Position numbers and translations under genes: made by a program | Notes under the pieces: model-generated | Told to the model about the DNA's origin: nothing | Database searches by the model: none | The model's input: only the letters and a program-made list of their open reading frames with translations | In this document: positions 9,478 through 18,304 of the stretch, one piece after another | Numbering within the stretch: position 1 is the first letter of the stretch | Layout: every line of letters begins with the position of its first letter | Virus record (IMG/VR): IMGVR_UViG_2579778866_000003 | Reading direction: 5' to 3' (one strand) | From: a virus | Taxonomy: Duplodnaviria; Heunggongvirae; Uroviricota; Caudoviricetes | Length of the DNA stretch: 37,677 nucleotides

Positions 9478-9620
9478 CAACGAGTGAAACGAGGCGTAAG
9501 GTGGGTGGGCATTTTGATAAGTGCTCGTTCGCTTTGTGCCAGAGGCGGGCATTAATACAAATTTCACGTGATAAAACGGTACTCAGTTATTCTAATCTGA
9601 CATGCATAAACGTTGTTGGA

Positions 9621-10031
9621 TTACAAAACATCAACAACTTCAAACTCTTCCATAATCAGCTCCATATCATCAGAAAAGTAACCTTCACATGTAAAAAATC
9701 GTTGATGCTCTCTCTGCCAATATTCAAGACTCAAATCGCCTTCACCTTCCTTGCGAGCGAACTCGGCAGTAACATCACAAAAACGCACCAGTCGCATCGA
9801 CACCAGCCGGGTCACGCATACCGGTACATCTTGGCCGTTAAGGATGATGTTATAGCTCCCAATCCTTGGGGCAAACTCTTCCTTCTGGTAAGAGGCATAA
9901 GAGCCGCAGGAGGCCGTTTTAATTCCTTTTTTGATAAGCGCTGCAAGCTCGTTAGCCAGTTCAGGGCTGTCGCCCATTTGCCAGGCATTCGCGTCCGGAT
10001 ATTTCATCTTTAATTCATCAACCGTAACCAT
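9621..10031 (-). CDS. ASCH-domain protein (PUA-like fold)
   Basis: 136 aa; N-terminal WQMGDSPELANELAALIKKGIKTASCG resembles the ASCH domain signature; encoded antisense to flanking genes; AT-rich. Confidence 0.55.
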   Translation of the reverse strand: MVTVDELKMKYPDANAWQMGDSPELANELAALIKKGIKTASCGSYASYQKEEFAPRIGSYNIILNGQDVPVCVTRLVSMRLVRFCDVTAEFARKEGEGDLSLEYWQREHQRFFTCEGYFSDDMELIMEEFEVVDVL

Positions 10032-10313
10032 TACAAGTCCTTTCTAATTGTAAAAATAGATAAATAGCTGAGCATTAATTGTTCAAATATTAACAGTGAT
10101 GCTCTCTTGTTAGTATCATAGTCCGTTTCTCGTTCACAGTGGGCCTTCAGTTTTTTGTCTGCTTTGTGCCAAAAACAGACGTCTAAATATCCTATTGTCA
10201 GTTATAAAAAGTGATGAGTGTTCTACATATTAAATTTACAGAGGCAGAAACTCCGTGTTTAAATACGGTTCTTTCCACCCAATAAGCATTAACAACTTAA
10301 GGACCCCATAAAA

Positions 10314-11276
10314 ATGCCAGTATTAGACTTCAAAGAAATACCAGAGGCTCATAAAGCAACAGGGCTGCAAGACACATTTGAACTTTTTTCTCGCGACTTC
10401 TTAGCTTTTCTGGGATATAAAATTATATCTGACCCAGATAGAGGGGCTGACGGTGGGGTTGATATTATAGCCGAAGAAAAAAGGACTGGTGTCGGCGGGG
10501 AAACAATTATCCGTTGGTTGGTAAGCTGTAAGCATAAAGCTCATAGTGGAAATTCAGTTAATCCAGGAGATGATGCAAATATTACTGATCGAGTAATAGC
10601 GAATAACTGCCAAGGATTTATCGGGTTCTATTCAACTCTTGCTAGTGCAGGTCTGTCTGGAATACTTGACGGGTTGAAAGGACGAATTGAATTTCAGGTT
10701 TTCGATAAAGAGAAAATAGAGAGGGAACTTTTACACTCTTCCAGAGGATTGGAAATTGCCGAAAGGTACTTCCCAAAGTCGTTATCTGAGTGGAAAACAG
10801 AAAACCCCAAACCCGCAAGAATATTTTCCGATGAACCTAGCTTAAAATGCAAAGTTTGCAAGAAAGAGCTTCTGTCTCAAGACGACAAGGGAATTATCAC
10901 TATATGGCAAAGAATCCGCACCGACTACGAAAAAGAACCAGAGTATAATGAACATATTTTTTGGACGTGTCGAGGCAACTGCGACCAAGCACTCCGGCAG
11001 TATGTTAGAAAACAAACAAACAATGGCCTTATTGATGGCTGGGAAGATATAGCTGATGTAATGATGCCAACTGTGTTTATAAAATGGGTCATGACAATAA
11101 TGAATGAGTTAAGATCTGGGACCCTATATTCAGATGAGGCATTTGACGAACTCAAGACATTTTTGATCAATATTTACCCATTTGCATGTCGTCATCTCAC
11201 CGAAAAAGAAAAAGAAAGGGTTAAATCATTAATGATGATACCTTCGTATCTTGGCGGCATGAACTATGAAGGTTAA
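10314..11276 (+). CDS. Mrr-cat-like (PD-(D/E)xK) nuclease domain fused to a Cys-containing C-terminal domain of unknown function
   Basis: 320 aa; N-terminus FLAFLGYKIISDPDRGADGGVDIIAEEK ... RWLVSCKHK resembles the Mrr restriction-endonuclease catalytic domain; C-terminal half has CKVCKK and CRGNCD; AT-rich. Confidence 0.65.
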   Translation: MPVLDFKEIPEAHKATGLQDTFELFSRDFLAFLGYKIISDPDRGADGGVDIIAEEKRTGVGGETIIRWLVSCKHKAHSGNSVNPGDDANITDRVIANNCQGFIGFYSTLASAGLSGILDGLKGRIEFQVFDKEKIERELLHSSRGLEIAERYFPKSLSEWKTENPKPARIFSDEPSLKCKVCKKELLSQDDKGIITIWQRIRTDYEKEPEYNEHIFWTCRGNCDQALRQYVRKQTNNGLIDGWEDIADVMMPTVFIKWVMTIMNELRSGTLYSDEAFDELKTFLINIYPFACRHLTEKEKERVKSLMMIPSYLGGMNYEG

Positions 11277-11352
11277 GAGAGGGGGCGTTAGCCATCTTCG
11301 AGAGTATTCAGTAAGGATTTGAAGAGAGAATATATAAATAGACCATTTATAC

Positions 11353-11397
11353 CTGAACAGAAGTCATATTGAGCTAGACGTTTCTGTTCAGTTTTTT
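11353..11397 (+). terminator. Rho-independent terminator downstream of the Mrr-like gene
   Basis: Perfect 10-bp inverted repeat CTGAACAGAA (11353-11362) / TTCTGTTCAG (11382-11391) followed by TTTTTT. Confidence 0.5.
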
Positions 11398-11767
11398 AGT
11401 GTCTTCATTATCATATATCGCTCGAAAAGTCTCCCCGAAAACCAAGAGCATTTCCTTAATTGAAGTTGCTGTTGTCACCGCTGCGCATCCGTAACAGCTT
11501 ACATGCTGCTTCGCTCTGTTTCAGTGCCAAAAAGCAAGGAGTTAATGTCCGCTTTTCACTCACAGCGGACTTTCATCTTTGTAAACCCGTATGATTCGCT
11601 TTTCAGCGGTCATTCAGATACGGATTTACGCTTCCCTTGGCTGTGCATGACTATGCTGCATGAAATCGCATGATCGATTGAGGATCGTTTTTGCAGAGAC
11701 CTGCTAGAACTGGCGAGCTTTTACTCATGTCATGCAGGTGCATGAAAACCACTGCATAAAGCGGGCA

Positions 11768-11793
11768 GGCGTGGCGGGGATACGATTGCGCGC
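11768..11793 (+). other. Candidate cos site (cohesive-end region)
   Basis: GGCGTGGCGGGGATACGAT followed by TGCGCGC; the first 13 nt and the following TGCGCGC match my recollection of the P2/186 19-nt cohesive end and its flank; located before Q as in P2. Confidence 0.4.
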
Positions 11794-11867
11794 AGAAGAT
11801 TATTATTGGTACACTGTCGGTGACTCTCTACGCAGATCTTACACATTAATTTCTAATGGGGCATGCT

Positions 11868-12668
11868 ATGATCTTTCTAAGTCATAATCACCGTGACAAA
11901 AGGTTTGTAAGTGTTATAGCGGAAAAACTAGCAGATGTTTATGGGCGTGATAACGTATTCTACGATTCTTGGTCTATCCAACCCGGAGAGGGTATTATTG
12001 ACAAGATGAATTTAGGAATGGAGAATGTATCGTTCTTTTTCTTTTTTGTCACAGAAAATAGTTTGGCAAGTAACATGGTAAAAATGGAATGGCAAAATGC
12101 TTTAATTAAGGCATCGTCCGGGAAGTGTAAATTTATACCAATACGTTGCCAGAATATATCCTTGCCTGCTCTGCTTACTCAAACGCTATATATTGATCTT
12201 TATTCGTATGGGATCGATGTGGCAATAAGACAAATTATAGATGTCATTAATCAACAAAATACGTATATTCCTAATCCTGAGAAGTATTCAAACCTCTCCT
12301 ATGATATTAAGGATGGTGATGGGGGTAAGATAGTGAAATTATCAGCAATGGATTTTTTAGAACCAATTGCTGATTTTATGATGATTATGGATAATACAAT
12401 TAAGCATGATGATGTTGTTGTTATGGTCAATGGAGAAAGCACATTCACTCAGGGGTTTATTGAAAATGCATCTTTAGAAAATGGTATGAAAGTAAGTGGT
12501 GCCACTGTTGGCCTAAATCGGGGGTTAACACCAACGATGCCAATGTATGTTTCTCTTAGGTTAAAGGATGGTTCACCTTTGAATATATTTGCGGTGCTAC
12601 ATCGAGTAAGTACCGAGCGTTATGCTCCTATACCACATAAAGCCGATGATGCCTTTAGAGTAAAATAA
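11868..12668 (+). CDS. TIR-domain protein with C-terminal domain of unknown function
   Basis: N-terminus IFLSHNHRDKRFVSVIAEKL ... VFYDSWSIQPGEGIIDKM ... FFFFFVTENSLASNMVKMEWQNAL fits the bacterial TIR pattern; alternative ATG at 11856; AT-rich; sits between cos and Q. Confidence 0.7.
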   Translation: MIFLSHNHRDKRFVSVIAEKLADVYGRDNVFYDSWSIQPGEGIIDKMNLGMENVSFFFFFVTENSLASNMVKMEWQNALIKASSGKCKFIPIRCQNISLPALLTQTLYIDLYSYGIDVAIRQIIDVINQQNTYIPNPEKYSNLSYDIKDGDGGKIVKLSAMDFLEPIADFMMIMDNTIKHDDVVVMVNGESTFTQGFIENASLENGMKVSGATVGLNRGLTPTMPMYVSLRLKDGSPLNIFAVLHRVSTERYAPIPHKADDAFRVK

Positions 12669-12677
12669 AAAGCAATA

Positions 12678-12703
12678 TGGTGGCTATATAATTAAGGCCA
12701 CCA
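12678..12703. terminator. Bidirectional hairpin between the convergent TIR gene and Q
   Basis: TGGTGGC (12678-12684) / GCCACCA (12697-12703) stem with T-rich sequence on the minus strand downstream of the Q stop. Confidence 0.45.
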
Positions 12704-12712
12704 ATTTATATC

Positions 12713-13741
12713 TCATAAACAATAGGATGAAAATGCAATAACTTTCTCACCCAGCCAATGGTTTAACTCCTCCATGCGTTTCTGTAATGGCAAAAGTTCA
12801 TTGCGCACAAACACATTTGCGGCCTTCTCCACATCCCCAAACCCTCCAACATTATTAGGCATAATCCCCATCATTTGCGGCGGCACGCGGTGCGCAGCCA
12901 TCATGTCATCGCGGCTCACGTTCTTGATATTCAAAAACTCATCCTTCGCCGCCACCTCTGACAACGGGATAATCTGAAGCCCGTCCTTTTTGCCGTTAGG
13001 CGAGTACATAAACAGGTTGCGGAAGTTACCCGGACCTTTGGCACTTTTCATTGCATTGCGGAGGTTGTTCACGTCCTCCTGGTTCTGCGCAGCATCGGTC
13101 ATGTACATGATGAAGCCTGCATGACTACCGTTAATGTAATACTTGCGGCGGAACAGCGTGGCGGACTCATTGAGCAGGGCGGACGGAATGGCAGAAAGAT
13201 AGCCGGGCAGGCCGTAGATCTCCTGGTTAATGTCCGGTTCCATCAGATGAAAAATGCTGCCTTTCGTGAACTGATACGGCTGGGTTGTCATACCGTATTG
13301 CACAAACCAGTAGGTATCCAGGTCTAACCCGCGTCGGGTGTATTTTGCCAGAGCAGGCTCAAGGGCGATAACTTCACCGAAGCGGTTCGTGCGTTTCTCC
13401 AGGTAGGCGTTACCAAATACCAGATAGTCCTGCACAAAACGTGAAAAAGCCTGCTGGCTGAGCAGCGGGTGAGGGATGTAGGTACTGGTCAGAATGTTGC
13501 ATTTCACCGCAATTGGTGAACTGTGATGCACGGCGGCGCGGAAGGTGCGCGCCAGTCCGTCAAAGCTTACTGGCGGCTCATACCAGCGATCTGTCTGTAC
13601 GCATTCCACATAGTCCAGCAGTTCTCGGCGGTCCAGAACAGGAACGGGATCGCCGAAGCTGAATGCTTCGGCTGTAGTTTGACTTTTAAGCTGGATCTGT
13701 TTCGTCGCCGCAGCGCGGTTCTTCTTACTCTTTCCCATCAA
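12713..13741 (-). CDS. Q: Portal protein (P2 gpQ-like)
   Basis: 342 aa; first gene after cos on the minus strand; overlaps the P stop. Confidence 0.85.
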   Translation of the reverse strand: MMGKSKKNRAAATKQIQLKSQTTAEAFSFGDPVPVLDRRELLDYVECVQTDRWYEPPVSFDGLARTFRAAVHHSSPIAVKCNILTSTYIPHPLLSQQAFSRFVQDYLVFGNAYLEKRTNRFGEVIALEPALAKYTRRGLDLDTYWFVQYGMTTQPYQFTKGSIFHLMEPDINQEIYGLPGYLSAIPSALLNESATLFRRKYYINGSHAGFIMYMTDAAQNQEDVNNLRNAMKSAKGPGNFRNLFMYSPNGKKDGLQIIPLSEVAAKDEFLNIKNVSRDDMMAAHRVPPQMMGIMPNNVGGFGDVEKAANVFVRNELLPLQKRMEELNHWLGEKVIAFSSYCL

Positions 13742-15504
13742 AAAATCTCCACAATATTGCTGGTATTGGCGGACTCGCCTTGCAGCGGTTCGTTAAACAG
13801 TGCGTGCATCGTTGCCCAGGCCAGATCCGCATGGCTGGCTTCTTCGCTGCGGCTGGCTTCATAGGTCGGGCGGTTGCCACTGGCGGTGGTGGAGCGACGG
13901 ATTGCCATAAAGGACTGCGCTATGTCGGTGTGTCCGGCGTCAAACTCCAGACGGCGGTGGCTGATAATGTCGTAGGCCTTGAGTACCAGGGCGTTTTTAA
14001 CGTTGGGGTTGTAGACAAACTCCCGGACGGCAGGAAAGAATGCTTTCACGTTCTCGTAAACCCCGTGGCCGACGCCAGTTGAGTCGATGCCGATGTATGT
14101 CACGTTGTACTGTTCGGTCAGTTTTTTGATGGCGTCAGCCTGGGCGCGGAAGTCCATCCCGCGCCACTGGTGACGCTCAAGAATGCGGAACTTACCGCCC
14201 GGCACGGCTGGCGGTGCCACCACCACGCACCCGGCGCTGTCGCCGTTCTGCGTACCTTTTGCCGGGTCATAACCGATCCACACCTCGCGCCAGCCAAACG
14301 GGCGCAGCGCCAGTGCATGAAAGTCGGTCCAGACTTCCCAGCTGTCCACCATGCACGCCTGCAGCTCGCTGAGCGGGAACACGGACGCGAGATCGTCCAC
14401 AAACTCGCACATCAGCAGGTTCTGGTATTCGTCCGGGCTGTACTCCATGCGCAACTGGTCAAGGTCGAACAGGTTACAGCCGCCGCGCACCGCATCTTCC
14501 ACGGTGACTATCTGGCGGTACTGCCCGTCTGCGCACAGCAGGCCGGGGGCCAGATTGCGGTGGGACAGGTCGATGTCCACCTTATCGGCTTTGTTGCGCC
14601 CTCGGTTGAACAGCGCACCGGACCAGAACGGATAAGCACTGTGTGTCAGGCTGGATGGCGTGGAAAAATAGGTTTGTCGCCATTTTTTGTGAATAGCCAT
14701 ACCGGAAGCCACTTTGCGCAGCTCCTGGAATTTCGGTATCCAGAAATATTCATCCAGATACAGGTTGCCGTGGTAACTCTGGGCCGTGCGGGCATTGGTG
14801 CCGAGGAAGTAAAGCGTGGCCCCGTTAGGAAGCACCATCGGATCGCCTTTCAGCTCCACCTCCACTTCTTTGGCGAAGTCGATGATGTACTGCTTAAAGA
14901 CGTGGGCCTGTGCCTTACTGGCGGAAAGGAAAATCTGGTTACGCCCGGTAAGCAGGGCGTCAATCAGGGCTTCACGGGCAAAGTAAAAGGTCGCGCCGAT
15001 CTGGCGTGACTTCAGCAGATTGCGGATGCGGTTGGTTTTTCCGGCTTCCCACCAGTGGCGCTGGTAGTTGAACATGGAGGAATGGAAGATTTCTTCCAGC
15101 TTCTCAATCTGCTCATCGGTGAAAACATTCTTTTCCGGCTGACGGCGTGGGCCTTTGTTGCGGTTGGCGACGTTTGGGTTTAAGTCGGCTTCGTTGCCGC
15201 CATTGTTAAACTTGCCGATCCGCGCGTGGCGCTCCGACTGGCGCGCCAGCAGGTCAATCTCTTTGAAATCTTTCCCTTCTTTGTGCTCCTTCATGATGAG
15301 CTGGCAGTAGCGTGCGGCGGTGGTGAGCTGCATCTGATCCAGCGGCCCATAGTCACCCCACTTGTCGCGTTTTTTCCAGCTGTGAACGGTTGCAACTTTC
15401 TCGCCCAGCATTTCAGCTATGCGGGCTACGCGGTATCCCTGAAAGTACAGCAGCATGGCCTGCCGACGGGGATCGAGATCTGCGGGTGTCAGTGTGGTGT
15501 TCAT
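13738..15504 (-). CDS. P: Terminase large subunit (P2 gpP-like)
   Basis: 588 aa; divergent from O with a shared intergenic promoter region. Confidence 0.85.
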   Translation of the reverse strand: MNTTLTPADLDPRRQAMLLYFQGYRVARIAEMLGEKVATVHSWKKRDKWGDYGPLDQMQLTTAARYCQLIMKEHKEGKDFKEIDLLARQSERHARIGKFNNGGNEADLNPNVANRNKGPRRQPEKNVFTDEQIEKLEEIFHSSMFNYQRHWWEAGKTNRIRNLLKSRQIGATFYFAREALIDALLTGRNQIFLSASKAQAHVFKQYIIDFAKEVEVELKGDPMVLPNGATLYFLGTNARTAQSYHGNLYLDEYFWIPKFQELRKVASGMAIHKKWRQTYFSTPSSLTHSAYPFWSGALFNRGRNKADKVDIDLSHRNLAPGLLCADGQYRQIVTVEDAVRGGCNLFDLDQLRMEYSPDEYQNLLMCEFVDDLASVFPLSELQACMVDSWEVWTDFHALALRPFGWREVWIGYDPAKGTQNGDSAGCVVVAPPAVPGGKFRILERHQWRGMDFRAQADAIKKLTEQYNVTYIGIDSTGVGHGVYENVKAFFPAVREFVYNPNVKNALVLKAYDIISHRRLEFDAGHTDIAQSFMAIRRSTTASGNRPTYEASRSEEASHADLAWATMHALFNEPLQGESANTSNIVEIF

Positions 15505-15550
15505 GGCACAAACCTACAGCCTTGAATGAAGGCTTTCCCCGCCTGTGGTT

Positions 15551-15568
15551 TGTGTGGTTGTCGGTACA
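15551..15568. promoter_or_regulatory. Ogr-type late promoter element TGT-N12-ACA (P/O intergenic)
   Basis: TGTGTGGTTGTCGGTACA, about 80 bp upstream of the O start; P2 late promoters carry TGT-N12-ACA near -55. Confidence 0.45.
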
Positions 15569-15646
15569 AATACCGCGCATTGTTTCACTGCCCCCATCAC
15601 CGCAACCATAAGGCTCCAGTAAGTTTTTTCTAACGGAGCACGGCTC

Positions 15647-16480
15647 ATGACAGTGAAAGCAAAGCGTTTTCGCATCGGGGTGGAAGGTGCCACCACCGAC
15701 GGACGCGAAATCCAGCGTGAATGGCTGGAACAGATGGCAGCCAGCTACAACCCGGCGGTGTACACCGCGCTGATTAACCTTGAGCACATCAAGTCTTATC
15801 TGCCGGACAGCACCTTTAACCGCTACGGCAAGGTGACGGCGCTGTTTGCTGAAGAAATCACGGAAGGTCCGCTGGCGGGCAAGATGGCGCTGTATGCCGA
15901 CGTTGAGCCAACGGAATCCCTGGTGGAACTGGTGAAAAAAGGCCAGAAATTATTCACCTCTATGGAAGTCAGCCCGAAGTTCGCTGATACGGGCAAAGCC
16001 TACCTGGTCGGGCTGGCTGCCACTGATGATCCTGCCAGTCTGGGTACGGAAATGCTGACATTCAGCGCCAGTGCAGCCCATAACCCGCTGGCAAACCGCA
16101 AGCAGAATCCTGCCAATCTCTTTACCGCCGCAGAGGAAACGGTGATCGAACTGGAAGAAATCCAGGAGGACAAGCCGTCCCTGTTTGCCCGCGTCACGGC
16201 GCTGTTCACCAAAAAAGAGCAGTCCGACGATGCCCGGTTCTCTGATGTGCATAAGGCCGTGGAGCTGGTCGCCACTGAGCAGCAAAACCTGAGCGCACGC
16301 ACCGAAAAATCCCTGTCTGAGCAGGAAGAACGCCTGTCTGAGCTGGAGACAGCCCTGCAGTCACAGCTGACCGCCTTTAACGAACTGGTGGACAAGCTGA
16401 GCCATGAAGACAGCCGCCAGGACTACCGCCAGCGTGCAACGGGCGGTAACGCCCCCGCTGACACTCTGACCAATTGCTGA
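15647..16480 (+). CDS. O: Capsid scaffolding protein (P2 gpO-like)
   Basis: 277 aa; GGAG Shine-Dalgarno; position before the major capsid gene. Confidence 0.8.
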   Translation: MTVKAKRFRIGVEGATTDGREIQREWLEQMAASYNPAVYTALINLEHIKSYLPDSTFNRYGKVTALFAEEITEGPLAGKMALYADVEPTESLVELVKKGQKLFTSMEVSPKFADTGKAYLVGLAATDDPASLGTEMLTFSASAAHNPLANRKQNPANLFTAAEETVIELEEIQEDKPSLFARVTALFTKKEQSDDARFSDVHKAVELVATEQQNLSARTEKSLSEQEERLSELETALQSQLTAFNELVDKLSHEDSRQDYRQRATGGNAPADTLTNC

Positions 16481-16496
16481 TGGAGCACAAAACCTG

Positions 16497-17555
16497 ATGA
16501 AGAAGAATACCCGTTTTGCTTTTAACGCTTACCTGCAGCAGCTGGCGCGTCTGAACGGTGTGGCAGTTGAAGAACTGTCCAGCAAGTTCACCGTGGAGCC
16601 GTCTGTACAGCAGACGCTGGAAGACCAGATCCAGCAGTCCGCCGCTTTCCTGACGCTGATTAACGTCACGCCAGTGACTGAGCAGTCCGGTCAGCTGCTG
16701 GGGCTGGGTGTTGGCAGCACCATTGCCGGAACCACTGACACCACCGCGAAAGAGCGTGAACCTGTCGATCCGACGCTGATGGTCGATGTGGAATACAAAT
16801 GCGAACAGACCAACTTTGACACAGTGCTGACCTACGCGAAGCTGGACCTGTGGGCGAAGTTTCAGGATTTCCAGGTGCGTATCCGTAACGCCATCGTGAA
16901 ACGTCAGGCACTGGACCGCATCATGATCGGCTTTAACGGCGTGAAGCGTGCGAAAACCTCCAACCGCAGCGAAAACCCGCTGCTGCAGGATGTGAACAAA
17001 GGCTGGCTGCAGAAAATCCGTGAGGATGCACCGGATCACGTCATGGGCAGCACCACCACGGGCGGGGAAACCACTCCGGGCGCGGTGAAAGTCGGGAAAG
17101 GTGGCGAATATGCCAACCTGGACGCCGTAGTGATGGATGCCGTCAATGAGCTTATCGATGTGGTCTACCAGGACGATGACGATCTGGTGGTGATTTGCGG
17201 TCGTGAACTGCTGTCTGACAAGTATTTCCCGCTGGTCAACAAAGAGCAGGAAAACAGTGAAAAACTGGCTGCCGATATGATCATCAGTCAGAAACGCATG
17301 GGTGGCCTGCAGGCCGTACGTGCGCCGTTCTTCCCGCCGAATGCGCTGCTGATCACCCGTCTGGATAACCTGTCCATCTACTGGCAGGAAGACACCCGCC
17401 GCCGTTCGGTTATCGACAACCCGAAACGTGACCGGATTGAAAATTTTGAATCCGTTAACGAAGCCTACGTGGTTGAGGACTACCGCTGCGCCGCACTGGT
17501 GGAAAACATCCAGATTGGCGACTTCAGCGCCGCCGCAGCAGAAGCTGGAGCGTAA
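16497..17555 (+). CDS. N: Major capsid protein (P2 gpN-like)
   Basis: 352 aa; position and size as P2 N. Confidence 0.85.
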   Translation: MKKNTRFAFNAYLQQLARLNGVAVEELSSKFTVEPSVQQTLEDQIQQSAAFLTLINVTPVTEQSGQLLGLGVGSTIAGTTDTTAKEREPVDPTLMVDVEYKCEQTNFDTVLTYAKLDLWAKFQDFQVRIRNAIVKRQALDRIMIGFNGVKRAKTSNRSENPLLQDVNKGWLQKIREDAPDHVMGSTTTGGETTPGAVKVGKGGEYANLDAVVMDAVNELIDVVYQDDDDLVVICGRELLSDKYFPLVNKEQENSEKLAADMIISQKRMGGLQAVRAPFFPPNALLITRLDNLSIYWQEDTRRRSVIDNPKRDRIENFESVNEAYVVEDYRCAALVENIQIGDFSAAAAEAGA

Positions 17556-17558
17556 ACC

Positions 17559-18209
17559 ATGAGCCTGAGTCCCGCACGGCAGCATCGCCTGCGCGTTCAG
17601 GCTGAACAGGCCGCCCGCGAGGGCGGCAGCGTTCGCCACGCGTCGGGCTATGACCTGATGCTGCTGCAACTGGCGGAAGACCGCCGCCGTCTCAAGGGCG
17701 TTCAGTCCACGGTCAAAAAAGCGGAAATCAAGGTGGAGCTGCTGCCGAAGTACGCTGCCTGGGCGGAGGGTGTCCTGGCTGCCGGAGGCGCTCAACAGGA
17801 TGACGTGCTGATGTACGTGATGCTGTGGCGCATTGATGCCGGAGATTATGCCGGGGCGCTGGAGATCGGGCGTCATGCCCTGCGTCATGGCTGGGTGATG
17901 CCGCTGGGTAACCGCAACGTGCAGACCGTGCTGGCAGAGGAAATGGCAGACGCCGCGCAGAGCGCAATGCTTGCCGCCATCGGCTTTGATGCCGATCTGT
18001 TGCTGCAGACACTGGAGCTGACAGACGGTCTGGATATGCCGGACCAGTCACGGGCGCGTCTGCATAAAGCGATTGGCGCTGTCCTGAGTGAAAGCAATCC
18101 GGCTTCCGCCCTTAATCATCTCAACCATGCGTTACAGCTCGATCCCCGCTGTGGCGTGAAAAAAGACAAACAGCAGCTGGAGCGCAGACTGCGCAATGAC
18201 AGCCGCTGA
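17559..18209 (+). CDS. M: Terminase small/endonuclease subunit (P2 gpM-like)
   Basis: 216 aa following N. Confidence 0.75.
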   Translation: MSLSPARQHRLRVQAEQAAREGGSVRHASGYDLMLLQLAEDRRRLKGVQSTVKKAEIKVELLPKYAAWAEGVLAAGGAQQDDVLMYVMLWRIDAGDYAGALEIGRHALRHGWVMPLGNRNVQTVLAEEMADAAQSAMLAAIGFDADLLLQTLELTDGLDMPDQSRARLHKAIGAVLSESNPASALNHLNHALQLDPRCGVKKDKQQLERRLRNDSR

Positions 18210-18304
18210 CAGAACGTGCCCCCGCGCACGGGCGGCACGGGGTGGCGAAAGGCATAGCCACATCAAAACCCCGTCCACCGCCCTCTATTTCAGGAGGAAG
18301 CAGC

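Noticed and set aside
9474-10013. 179-aa ORF on the plus strand
   Set aside because: Antisense to the ASCH-domain gene, which has the better domain signature and start context.
11281-11855. Possible retron or other ncRNA partner of the TIR gene in the 0.5 kb non-coding stretch
   Set aside because: No reverse transcriptase ORF anywhere nearby; the region is better explained by the terminator, cos-like sequence and packaging repeats. A 44-codon ORF at 11545 with a tightly spaced Shine-Dalgarno is too weak to call.
12033-12050. T5/T6 homopolymer tracts inside the TIR gene as a phase-variation switch
   Set aside because: The tracts are short and encode a plausible hydrophobic strand (FFFFF); no evidence of slippage.
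14170-15009. 279-aa ORF on the plus strand
   Set aside because: Lies inside the large terminase gene on the opposite strand; no independent support.
16377-17888. 503-aa ORF on the minus strand
   Set aside because: Entirely antisense to the well-supported capsid (N) and small terminase (M) genes; an Arg/Gly/Ala-rich artefact of GC-rich coding DNA with no plausible start context.
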